NCBI GenBank assembly: GCA_051362555.1
Contig: CM120646.1
Span: 1,240,001-1,304,000 of the forward strand
DNA length: 64,000 nucleotides
Reading direction: 5' to 3'
From: Lingula anatina
Lineage: Eukaryota > Animalia > Brachiopoda
Under the pieces are notes generated by a model. That model saw only the letters and a list, made by a program, of their open reading frames with translations. It ran no database searches and was not told where the DNA came from. Made by a program: the position numbers and the translations under genes. Of the stretch, positions 13,960 through 26,387 are shown one piece after another. Position 1 is the stretch's first letter. Each line of letters begins with the position of its first letter.

Positions 13960-14114
13960 TCTGTCTCTCTCCTACCACTCGCCTCCTCTGGAGGCTGCCA
14001 TCTTTAACAGCAGCAATGTCAAAACGAGGCCAATGTATGTAGGTCAAATAAGGAATCTCCACGTGTTTAAAAATAGAAATGGGAGGTAACACGACTTTTA
14101 AGTGTGTCAGGAGT

Positions 14115-14150
<36 letters not shown>

Positions 14151-14499
14151 GGGGGGGGGGGGGGGGGGTTAATTAATGAACTCGTTAGTTAGCCTGCTTT
14201 TAATTAGCGTGATGAGCAAATATATTTTGTTTTTTTTTGAGTCACCATTTGAAGGGCACACATATATTGAGGAGAATATAGCATCGTTGCATGCACATCG
14301 ATTTTATCAAATGCTCTGGATTCAAATGTTTAAAAATGGCTCATACTTAAAGTAATTGTATTTTAAAGCAAAAATCTGCAGCCAGTTACAATAATGCGTG
14401 TGCTTGCAAAATCCGTTTGTAAAATACTTTAAAGAATGAGTATACCGGTACAACACATCTAGCTGATGATATATTATTTATGCCTCTTTAACGCGCCAC

Positions 14500-14538
<39 letters not shown>

Positions 14539-14585
14539 ATGTAATAGTGTTAAATGCCTTCAGATTTTCTATTAAAGTAATAAAA

Positions 14586-14755
14586 TTAGAAAAGCACTCA
14601 CAGAGCGCAGACCTCCACCAAGGTATTTCAAATATGGCTATATAACTAGAACTGTGAATTAATTCACAGACCATCACCAGAATCTAATCAATTTTAATGT
14701 AGCCAATTTCTGACCTTTCCTCAAAATTTTATCGGAGTCCGACCATAACTTTTTT
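14586..14755 (-). mobile_element. 3' end fragment of a second HINE family
   Basis: Minus strand ends CCTTGGTGGAGGTCTGCGCTCTGTGAGTGCTTTTCTA; its subterminal repeat is complementary to the ACCTCCG..AAGG heads at ~21100 and ~60915. Confidence 0.6.
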
Positions 14756-15110
14756 TTATAACAACAACAACAAAAAGGCAAAATATTTTTTCCACTTTAG
14801 GGATAGAAAATATTTAAAGGCAACATAACCAACATTTTAAAAGGCAAAAATAATTTTAATTTGTACAAATATCGAAAGTAGAAAACAAAAGGATGTCAAG
14901 ACAGCACAATGCAAAGTTATTAGAGAAGACATTCGGTGGTAATAGTCATATAATACGAAAGAGGTAACTCCGAATATAGTACTAGTAGGTGCGTCAACTT
15001 TTGCGATTTTTCGCGTGGAGACGTGTAGGCCTACCGCGCCAACGCCAACCTATGTAGTCTATAGCTAATAAATGCCGTTTCTATATACAGAGTCCGCTAA
15101 GCGTATAAGC

Positions 15111-18100
15111 TCAGGTGCAGTCGGGGATACTGGTTGACGGCTTCCAGTCCCCCTGCGGAGAACAGACAAAAAACTGCCCCACTACGGGCGAGGTATATCC
15201 ACTGTTACAATGAAAATAACAATATTTCCTGAATCCCCAGTATGAACATTCTATTTTGCCGTTTGCTGGGGACCGCAGCTCAGGGCAACTTGCGTGGTTT
15301 CCTGAAAGAATAGAAAAAATAATTTTCCTGTGGTACAAGTTTGCGACATCAAATTTAAAATGTATTGCTCTGTCGTTGCCGAGTCCACAAAGAATAGTTT
15401 GAGAATTTCTTCGCTTACTTTAATTGATGGCAATTTTCTCAAAAGGTTTTGAATTGTGGTGCTTCAGCGATTAAGGGAACATTTCTGAGATTTTCATGAA
15501 ATTGCTTCTTAGGCTATGTTTTAACAAGCTCTAACACGCACATATGCATCATTATAACGGCTGCTGGCGTTTATAGAAAGAAAAATAACCCAAAGCAGTA
15601 TACTGTATTTTTGAAAAAGGACACAATAATTAAGTTTTTTCGAGTAATTGCATCTAGTAAAAAAGCCACAAAGAAAACTTGTAACTTACTGTGTTTGACT
15701 TTCACCCTAAATGTACAGGTGTTCGTGTTTCCACTGCCGTCTGTTACGGTATATCTCGCCCAGTAAACTCCAACAGGAAACAGTTGACCATCAGGTATAT
15801 TGTCAACTATACTGAAATGTCCAGAGTTGTCGGATATACCCAGGTCGTTCCAGGTCACCTGAATTTAGCATAATGAATGTTAATAGGCCTACTCTGAATA
15901 TGAGAGTCCTCTGTAAATTACCACTCTGTGGCGCCACCTACAGTTTAGTCCTTTTCTCATGGAGAATTCGAAACTGGAGAAGTTTTAGAAAAGAACGTCA
16001 AAACGTGAATGTCGGTCTGAACTTCAAGATAAAACAAGAAAAAAATAAATAAATGATTCACATAAATGAAATAATTCACTTTTTTCTCTAAGAAGAAATT
16101 ATTCGATAATGTTTTTGATCAAAATTCAATGGCTCTTGCAGTGTTTTCCTAAATTGAAGAAAACCAACATTTTTGGTCTCAACGTACAATCAACTTTCGG
16201 TGTTTTAAGTTTAAAAATTGACCTAAATCTTTATTTTCACAAATGGAAATGAATGATGCCAACCATCTAATACAAAGTAATAAGAAGGTCAGTGAACTAC
16301 ATGTATTTGTAGAAGTGTTTGTAATTCAACAATGAAATATCGTTTTAGCCGTAGCCATAGCAACAATTATTTATGAGAAGGGACAATGCTGGTTTGGGAC
16401 CAAGCTGTATTGCTGAGCCAAAAATGTAGGAAATCGTTTTTTTTTTTTTGAGTTGACATCACTATATTTGATTCTTTTAGACACTACTTTAAAAAGAACC
16501 GTGACAAACTTACCAACACTTTCCTGCCTTGTTCTACCTGCTTAGTTATCGGCCCAGGACAGTTTCTTATGGTGGGTTTTTCTTTATCTGGCAAATAGAA
16601 ATGATATACTCTTTCCATATCTTGATATATAATGATTTTGCAAGGTTTCGTTCTTCATTGCATTTATTGTGGGACAAAAAGATCCATCCTTTAACGAGGG
16701 ATCTTTATCTGACCAAAACAGACACCAAAGCTGCCGATGTCACGTAGAGAACATAACAATAAATGCACAATTTTAACTATTAGTCTATATGACTTTAATC
16801 TTTGAAGATCCCCGACAACGTATTTACGATGCTGTAAACGGAACGTGAATTTAGTCTTGTTAATTTCTTCTTTTTAGTGAAATTAAAGAATTAAACTCCA
16901 TCGCCCCCCCCCCCCCAAGAAAGAAAGAAAGAAATTAAAGGAAAAAAGGAAGGTAAAAAAAAAAAGGCTTTAAGGCATACCAAAACGTAAGACAGCAAAA
17001 ACGAATTTTCTGGGAATTTTCAGTGATTTTCCCGTTATTGAAAAAATCAATGAAAAAATTCAATCTATAGACCCCTGTCCCTGTTCTAAATCTCCACTTT
17101 TACTGTCCATTACGAGAATGACTTAACATTTAAAAACTTATAACTGTAAAACGGTTTTATAGGTCGTAATTCTGTGAACGGTTTTGGTGATAAATGGAAA
17201 TGTGAGGAATTGAATTTTCCAGAAAATACAAACTTCTGTCATATAAGTCTGTCAGTTTTTTCGTGCATTTAACCGCACCTTGTATAACCACAGTGACATT
17301 ACACTGAGCTGTGTTGCCACTGTCGTCTGCCACAACGAAAGTCACAACATGGACGCCGATCTCAAATGTCCGCGGACCCGGCCGTGTGCCACTGATGAGG
17401 CGTGCGTTAACGTTATCCGTGTACGCCACATTGTTACTTAAGTCCACTGTCGCTTCTTTTTCTCCCGCTGAGGCTCGGGCGGTTATTTCGCTTGGACACT
17501 GACTGAAATATGGGGGGTCTGTATCTGAAATACGAAAAAAAAGACAGCTCCTGTGTTGATGATAAGAAATATGATGTTGACAGGCAATCTTGGAAGTCAC
17601 ATATCACAGCGGTTTACCTCCAATATTTCGATGTCTAACAGAACATCTTCATCAGGAAATACTGAAGAAATATTACTTAATTCATATAACAGTTTCTCAT
17701 TTTTATAAGCCTCCTTGGGTCATTTAGAGAGTATTTTGGGGGCCTTAGCAATAGTCCGAAGGTTCATTGGTCCGAATGTTCACTATAGAACCTTCGGACC
17801 AATGAACCCTTGATTAAAAAAAACGATGAAAATGTTACCATTTTTTGGACCAATAAACCTTCGGACCAATGAGCCTCCGGACTATCGAGACTTTCTAGTA
17901 TCTTTAAACTTAGTATCTTTTAGCTCGTGATAGCTGCAAGCTGTAAACATGGTATTTACCCTTGCACGTTTTTCCATCCGGTTGAAGTGTGAATCCCGTT
18001 GCTAGGCAACCACATTCAACTCCACCAATAGTGTTAAAGCAGTCTTGGTCACAGCCACCATTGTCAACAAGGCATTCGTTTTTATCTACAAGAAGATTGT

Positions 18101-20786
18101 TTTTTTTTTGTAACGGATTATGAAAAAGGGTTTGGTATAGATTTATGATTTTTTCATAAAGTAATAGACGTAATATTGGAAACTTAGAAAGAAGTGAAGA
18201 ACTGGTGCAAATATCTAATGATAGGCCTACAAGTGATGCACGAAAGGCAGTAATTATTTATGAAATTGAGACAAATTTTAATTTTTTTTAATAAAATAAT
18301 AAACTTGAAAATGAAAGGTATTGTAAACCAACTGATCGTAACACATATATCTTCTTTGCTTATGGCACATGCATTCTATGGCAAATGATGCCTACCTCTA
18401 CATGTTATCGCTCCTTGCTCCCATATGCCATGTTCATTGCATTCAAGAACGGGGTCATCTGTAGATTCAAACCCGGGGTGGCACTCCTGGTCGCAGATGG
18501 CGCCTGGCGTAAATGGCGGGTTTTCTTTGCACGTGACATTGCCATTCTGAGGCTTAGGTGGTGATGGGCAGTGAATGGTGATGTTATCTGACGGAGTAAA
18601 ATTGAAGAAAAAAAAAGTCGATAGTAGCAATGGAGAAATATTTTATTCAAGTTTAAAATATAATTTCTAAATAACCTAAAATGGCAAAAAAGTGGTTTTC
18701 TTTGAAATGCAGCTGTGTTACTGGGTGATTTACTTATACAAATAAGATGCGCTGATACAATGTAAGACCTTTTTCATCTCATAATATAAAAAAATACAGC
18801 TGTGTTACTCTATGATTTATTTCTACAAGATGTGCTAATTAGACTTCGTCATCTCATGCGATAAATAATTCATATGTCTGCCACATTCAGACACAACTGC
18901 CCTAAATAGAAATTAATGTAAATGTTTTTTAGCTCTATACTCGCACCTGCACACCGGAGACCATCGTTACTCAGTACTCGTGAGGGAAAGCAGGCACACC
19001 TGTAGCCGCCTTCCTCGTTTATACACATGTCTTCACAGCCGCCATTGTTCACCCCGCATTCATTTATATCTGAAATTATTGGACGGTAGGTCACTAAAAT
19101 ATATGCCTAGCGTTTTATTTCAATCGAAGTCTCGCTCAGATGGACTTATTATATATTAGCCATAATTGTTTTGGTTGAGATGTTATATATGTTCAGCTTT
19201 TGCATTTCTTTCGTTGCAAACGAGATTTAGTAGGCCTACTGCCATTGAAACATCTATATTTGCGTAATGTGGCATTTCAATGTACTTTACAACCTCCAAA
19301 GACTACATCTTTTAAGGCATATACAATGCGCGTTATATATTTTTATATCAAAATCAATTAATTTTCATGGTAGTTTCAGCTATTTATCTTTTATCACAAA
19401 AGTTTTCACGACCCAAAACTGCTGTGAAAATTACGGTCTACAAAACTGCTGAAAAGAGTCTTTAATGTCAAAACTAATTACCCTCACAAGTTAAACACTC
19501 TACCAGTATTTCTATTGCGAGAATTTCTAAAAAAATTTAGAAACTAAGAACTAAAAAACAGATTAAGAGGTTAAGAAATGGCAACTTTTGTCCGTACCTG
19601 TACAGTTTCGCCCGTTCTGGTCCAGGACGTAACCCTCCATACACAAACACGTGGGGGCATATCGCCGGTCAAGTTGACTACAGTACTGCTCACATCCAAA
19701 CTTGGCGCAGTCTAATATACATTAAATATCAACTATAATACTGTCTTATTCCTTTATCATTTCGATCTCTACTCAAAATATTCAGTGCTGAGAGGAGAGA
19801 TTATTATTTTCTATTTTTAAATAGTTAAAACTGCACCAGGACGTCAATTTCATTACACAAATGTTTGTATCAGAAGGAAGACCAAAATGTTCGCATAGGC
19901 CTTGATATTACAAAATTACGTTGCATAGTTAAGCACCGTTTCACGAGTAAGGTAAACCTTATAAATCATGTCGTGCAGTGCAATTTTTTAAAGTATTGGA
20001 GAACAAAATGGTTCTCATAATAATAAAAATCCATGATACGTCCTGAATTCGTCTTGAATTGTAATATTCAATAACGATTTCTCATGCTTTTCAATTTTGT
20101 AAATGCTTACCAAGCGCGAGGTTTGTCTGGAAGAGAATTTTATATTATATTATATTATATTATATTATATTATATTATATTATATTATATTATATTTAAT
20201 ATTCTAAAAACATCAGACATTATTTACTCTTGAACCGAAATAAATCCAGTAAAATAATGGGTCATCTAGAAAACATAAATAACCATAGGTGGCGCTCTTT
20301 GTACCAAATTATTGATGTTTCATTCAAGACGGGATTTACCATCTTGTAACATGGAACCTTGCAGTTTAGTATTGTTGGTGGCTCGCCATCTGCACCACTC
20401 ATATAGGTAACAGATGGCAAAACTTAAAATCTCGGTTGTTCTTTTTAATTATAAGGTATTTGTCGAAAGATATAACTTAAAGTCATTATATGAGCTATTC
20501 AATGTGTTACTCAATGTAGGGGGGGGGGGGGGCAATGCGGACAAGCTCATCTACCTTAGCTTGGGAGGAAAACTCATCCCAATTCTCATTCTCAGAACAA
20601 CAAAGACAGCAACATAAAATTAACTACAACATCAACAACAAAACGACAACAACATTAATTGTTACAACTATAATAAACAGATAAATAAAATAACCATCAA
20701 ATCGAAAAAAGCCAAGCAATTTCCCACCCACTTCGACCCCCCCCCCCACCATTTACGACCCCCGCCCCTCGCCACACTGCTGTGCC

Positions 20787-20817
<31 letters not shown>

Positions 20818-22020
20818 ACACACGGTCACCCCCGGTGCTAAATTACCGTGTCTCGTATCCAGTCATAGTACTTGCCCAGGTTGGTGTACACTCCCGGATA
20901 GTGAACGTTGTTGCCGCAGTAGGAATCGCCAAAACTCACAATTCCCACCTGTCTCCAAACCTCGCGTCCATTGACTGTAAAGTTGCACGCCAAGGGTCCG
21001 CCAGAGTCTCCCTGGAAACATAGGTACATGGTGCAGACAGGCAAACGGACAGACAGACAGACAGACAGACAAACAAATGTGAAAACATAGCCTCCTTGTC
21101 GGAGGTAACAACAATATGTTCCTCGTGGGATAGCAATCGTTCGTTTTGGCCTAAAATGGATGTTTCTGGGTTAAACGACGATTTCCCCATTTACTTATAT
21201 TTCTTATAATACTTAACAATGGTTAATAAATCTATCCCGACATTCAAAGCTAGTCTATGTTTTTTTAAACTTACATTTATGTAATAATCTCCTAATCTCT
21301 TAAGAGATTATTACTAAGGTAAAGCATCTATGAAGGTCAACATGGTCTGATGACAAATACAGATTGCAGAATAAATGCGATAACCGCTGTTTTGGTGGTA
21401 AAGTGGAATTATATTTCGGTGAATTGTTTACAATGTATTTTTTGTGAAATATAAATCTCATGCATGCGGTTGTTATCCCTTTAAATACATACGAGTCATT
21501 GAGCAGACATGCAACATACCAATCACTTGCATGTGCGCGCACGCAAGCACACAGCTACACATCCAACAAGAAGATGTCCCTTTACTGTAGGAGCAAATTT
21601 TTTCACAGCTGCATGTACATGTAGATAAACGCACAGAATAAAGTTAGATATTAGGTCACGTGACTTACCCCACACGTGTCCTTGTTTTTAGCTGTGGCAC
21701 ATATCATGTCATCCGTTATCGGGAAACTATACCAGGAACTGGTTCTGCAGGCAGGGGTGGACATATAGTCCAGGTCCACTTCCTGTAGCTTCCTGCTGGA
21801 CTGAAAAATAGCTGCAAAAATAGAGAGAGTTTGAAATAATTAAGGATTTTTATTACGTTATGCCATGACCTCTAAATACTCGTCTTAGAACTATTTTGAA
21901 TGCAGATGCTTATTCCATTTCAACTTATTTCAAGTTATCAAGAGCTGTAGACCTAATGAATATTCTAAATGAAATATATACTTTTTTATAGTTATACACC
22001 ATATGATTTTACGATATCAT

Positions 22021-22068
<48 letters not shown>

Positions 22069-22848
22069 ACCAGGGTCCCCTATTGTATCCCCCCATCCAG
22101 CGACTTTACACTTGGTCCTGTCATCCACGATCTCCGTGTCAGCCGGCAGACATATGGGGCCTATGTCCTGACTGTAGGTGACGGGGGACGACAGCCGAAG
22201 TAAAGCCAGATCATTCCGCAAGTAGTCTGTGAAACGGTCTCTGCTGAATTGTGGATGGTCTATGATCTCGGCCACTGTTCTGTTCGCGTATCCAGGGTTT
22301 AGAAGCTTATTCTGTACGTCATGGACGGCAAAATGGACAGTGAACTCAGTTGGGAGCCTCTTTCGATATGGGCAATGTCGCAACCCGCTATGTCATGAAA
22401 CAAAGGAAAGGTACAAGTATTAATCAAAATCATATTCTGACACACTGGCGCACCCCCCCCCCCCCACACACACATGCACGCACGCACGCACGTACGCACA
22501 CACGCAACACATATAAAGCACTATATAAGCCCATTTGTAAATTTAAACTCGTGACAAACCAGATAAGAACAAACATGACATGCGTCTTGCTCTCCTACTA
22601 GTACAACATGGGAGCAAGCAGGATGGGCTTGAAGCTCAATGATTTTGTACTTACTTTGCCTGATAAAAATGTCCTTCGACTGGCTATTTGATGTATGTCT
22701 AATTGAAACGTAAATTCATGTTTATCGAATGTCTGTCGATAAACACATCCCTTTAAGCTGTAGGTCTAAAGAAATATTAATTACAAAAACGGCTCTTACC
22801 TTAATTTAATCTTCTTAATGTCTTATGTTTTATTCACAAATGGCTAAT

Positions 22849-22898
<50 letters not shown>

Positions 22899-25658
22899 TA
22901 TCCCCCAATGATGTTACCTGGTATATACACAGTGTGCTGCCGTGAGCACCCACTGCGGTGATATCAGACTCCCTCCACAGAAACCACTACAGAATAATCC
23001 GTCAATTATCTCAATGTAAGTCATCCAAGGCCATATAAACGGCTCTGTCTCGATACCGCCAATGATCCTTGAGGTAGTCTGTGGAATAAGACGCCTTGTC
23101 CTTGGAAGGTTTGGAAAGCCACAGGAAGCTAGATGATTAAATTCAAATTATATGATGCTATAATAACTACATCTAAAAATGATAAAAATAACTCTGGTGT
23201 GACAAATGGCAAAATGATAGCAAGTGTTCGTATGGTATTCATATTTCATAATAAGTACATTGTAAACAACTGATAGGAATATAATAAATTCTCTTTACCA
23301 CGAAAACAGAGGTTACCCTATTCTGGAATCTGTACAATAGGTACAGCTAGGTTAGTTGATCGCGGCTATTTGCGTTATAAACGGACATTAGTTGCCAGGG
23401 AGGAACCGGAAGCAGCCTTAAAGCTGCTCGTTAATACATTTGAACGTCCATTTTTATATTTTACTGCTTTTTCAGTGTAAATATTTTTACCCGTGTTTTT
23501 CTTCCTGCTCTCCCCCATTACTGCTCCACCACTGTCCCTGCCCTTCCTTCTGCCCAGACTTCTGCCCCTTACTGCCCCCCTCCTCTGCCCCCAGACCTTT
23601 GCCCCTTACTGCCCCCCTCCACTGCCCCCAGACCTTTGCCCCTTACTGCCCCCCTCCACTTCCTCCAGACTTCTGCCCCTTGCTGCCCCCCTCCACTGCC
23701 TCCAGACTTCTGCCCCTTACTGCCCCCTCCACTGCCTCCAGACCTCTGCCCCTTACTGCCCCCTCCACTGCCTCCAGATCTCTGCCCCTTACTGCCCCCC
23801 TCCACTGCCTCCAGACCTCTGCCCCTTACTGCCCCCCTCCACTGCCTCCAGACCTCTGCCCCTTACTGCCCCCCTCCACTGCCTCCAGACCTCTGCCCCT
23901 TACTGCCCCCCCTCCACTGCCTCCAGACCTCTGCCCCTTACTGCTCCCCTCCACTGCCACCAGTTCTCTGCCCCTTACTGCCCCCCTCCACTGCCTCCAG
24001 ACCTCTGCCCCTTACTGCCCCCCTCCACTGCCTCCAGACCTCTGCCCCTTACTGCCCCCTCCACTGCCTCCAGACCTCTGCCCCTTACTGCCCCCCTCCA
24101 CTGCCTCCAGACCTCTGCCCCTTACTGCCCCCTCCACTGCCCCCAGACCTCTGCCCCTTACAGCCCCCTCCACTCCCCCGGACCTCTGCCCCTTACTGCC
24201 CCCTCCACTGCCCCCAGACCTCTGCCCCTAACTGCCCCCCTCCACTGCCCCCAGACCTTTGCCCCTTACAGCCCCCCTTCACTTCCCCGGACATCTGCCC
24301 CTTACTGCCCCCTCCACTCCCCCGGACCTCTGCCCCTTACTGCCCCCTCCACTGCCTCCAGACCTCTGCCCCTTACTGCCCCCCTCCACTGCCTCTAGAC
24401 CTCTGCCCCTTACTGTCCCAATCCACTGCCTCCAGACCTCTGCCCCTTACTGCCCCAATCCACTGCCTCTAGACCTCTGCCCCTTACTGCCCCCCTCCAC
24501 TGCCTCCAGACCTCTGCCCCTTACTGCCCCAATCCACTGCCTCCATTATTCTGCACCTTACTTACCACCCTCACCTAATTGCTGCTGCCAGAAGTCTCCA
24601 AATGTCAAAAGTAGAATATTTTACGATATAGAACCAGGCTACGCATTGCAAATGCATACGCACGGTATTGTAGAAAAAAAAAAACGCAGATTATTTTTAC
24701 CAGCTTGTTTTTAACGCAAGCACGCAGATCACTTTTTTTACTACTCAGTTACTCAAGTTTTAGTTTCTACATGTAGGTCATTGGAAACAGCTAGGGGTGC
24801 CAGTACTTAGTAGCCCTGTACTCTAACTACGTAGGAGAAATGCTCTTATCATTTACTAGTGCAGACCATAAGCAGAGAGGAGGAATATCCATTGCAACAA
24901 AATCCCATGAAGTGTATCAGAGAACGTTATTTACCAACAATAGAGACATTAGTATTGACAGTAGGCTACTCATGTAGCCAATTAAAAATGCCATTGTACT
25001 ATAGACACGCAATATCAGTTTGACCGTTGCATTTTTTGTTGTAAGCTTTCACTCAGTCGATTGTTCACGGCGGAACCCCACTGTTTTTGAATAACCGCTC
25101 ATGAACGATTGTGATCAATGAGAAATATTATAGCTTAAAGATGAGAATTTTTTTAATGTAGCGTACGATAGTGGTGGCTTAATTCACGTATATCATCGCC
25201 CATTATTCTTCCACCCTTCGTCCACTTCTATGGCCTGCCTAATAAATACCTTCTTAGTAATTAGAACTGTTCAACGACTTTATGTTATGAAACTATGGGA
25301 GCATTTAGATAGACACATCGTACTAGTTGGGAGGGTCGTGCACTTGGCTTAACTGAATGACACACCTCGTCGAGCAGCTAAGGGGGTGGTTTACCAAAAT
25401 TAATTTACCCCAGCTGCTCAAGGAACCTTGCCATACAGGTACATTTAAGCTGATTCCACTGATTACACTTAGCGGGAATCCCCCATAGAGTTAAACCGAC
25501 CAAACTAGTAGGACGTGCCTATCTGAATGGGTCTACAATTTCTAAGAATTACCTGGGTTGATGATATCTCTCTTCGTGATTGCACGTTGTTCTACGTTAT
25601 GTAGTTCCGATACGAAAAGCGCCAAAATGAAGGCTAGCGCGTCTCTCGAAACCACCAT
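15111..25658 (-). CDS. Secreted modular S1A serine protease: signal peptide - trypsin domain - EGF - cbEGF - CCP - cbEGF - HYR - HYR - CCP
   Basis: Exons 25658-25553, 23128-22918, 22387-22071, 21811-21669, 21011-20847, 20126-20111, 19711-19598, 19069-18947, 18587-18396, 18085-17960, 17524-17279, 16587-16514, 15858-15690, 15301-15111; all GT-AG with compatible phases. R|IIGG activation site, [25 protein letters not shown]; DINEC/DKNEC EGFs; two CCP and two HYR patterns. Confidence 0.88.
17750..17888. mobile_element. Small foldback/MITE made of inverted short subrepeats, intronic
   Basis: ATAGTCCGAAGGTTCATTGGTCCGAA on the left; TTCGGACCAATGA.CC repeats and CGGACTAT on the right. Confidence 0.6.
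21035..21110 (-). mobile_element. HINE 5' fragment with (TGTC)n microsatellite
   Basis: Minus strand TTACCTCCGACAAGGAGGCTATGTTTTCAC followed by (TGTC)n; same head at ~60915 on +. Confidence 0.65.
23523..24545. repeat. C-rich 36-38-bp minisatellite (~27 copies) in protease intron
   Basis: Unit CTCCACTGCCTCCAGACCTCTGCCCCTTACTGCCCC with variable C-run. Confidence 0.95.
25301..25531. mobile_element. MITE with ~30-bp imperfect terminal inverted repeats
   Basis: CATTTAGATAGACACATCGTACTAGTTGG versus CCAAACTAGTAGGACGTGCCTATCTGAATG. Confidence 0.6.
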
Positions 25659-26387
25659 GTTAGAAGGCAATAATGTTCTGAAACATCCTACACTTTTTTA
25701 GCCGACTTTATGAGCACGATTCGTCTGTATCCGCGTTCTACTTTGTGGCTGATGGGAATGACCCCGTACCCGGATGTTATATAGGATTGCAAGCACAACT
25801 TGTGTTGATTTAGTCACGCTTGCTTCCTGTTTTACTGGTAAATTTGTAATGGTAAAATCCCGGTTGATGATTGCATTAATATATTCCTCTTCAGGACACG
25901 ATTTTCACCTCGTCCATAGCCGGATTTAAATGACCCCCTAGACTGTTGTACTGATGATACAGATTATGAAGTTGATTGTTGCACTTGTGTCACTGCGCAT
26001 CAATACCCTGTCATTATATTTTGAACAAGAGATTTAAATCTTAAAAAAATAAAAATAGTCTTCAAAAAAAAAAAATATATAGCATTATGTTAATATTTAA
26101 TGGTTGAACAATGGTTGAACAATGGTTGCATAACAAAGAGTTTCATTGCATTAGATGTGCCGGTTTTCATGCAAAGACACATCGGTGTCACACAGCACGA
26201 GGTCAATGAGGTCATCTGGTTTGCTGTGTCCCGTCGGCCCCGGTCAAGTGTCGTCTTGCAGCTTGAACTATCTTCTGCATAACTACCGAACATACCGCAC
26301 GCTGCACGTAAAATTTTTCTTGTAGATAGATATTTGAATAGAATGAGGAATGAATACATAATTTAATACCAGCTTTTTCTTTTTCAT

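Noticed and set aside
20338-20390. Exon-like [10 protein letters not shown] segment resembling a HYR start
   Set aside because: Phase incompatible with the preceding exon (in-frame stop) and poor acceptor; the 16-nt exon fits instead.
23440-24714. Long Pro/Cys-rich ORFs in three frames
   Set aside because: Translation of a stop-poor minisatellite with frame-breaking unit lengths, inside an opposite-strand intron.
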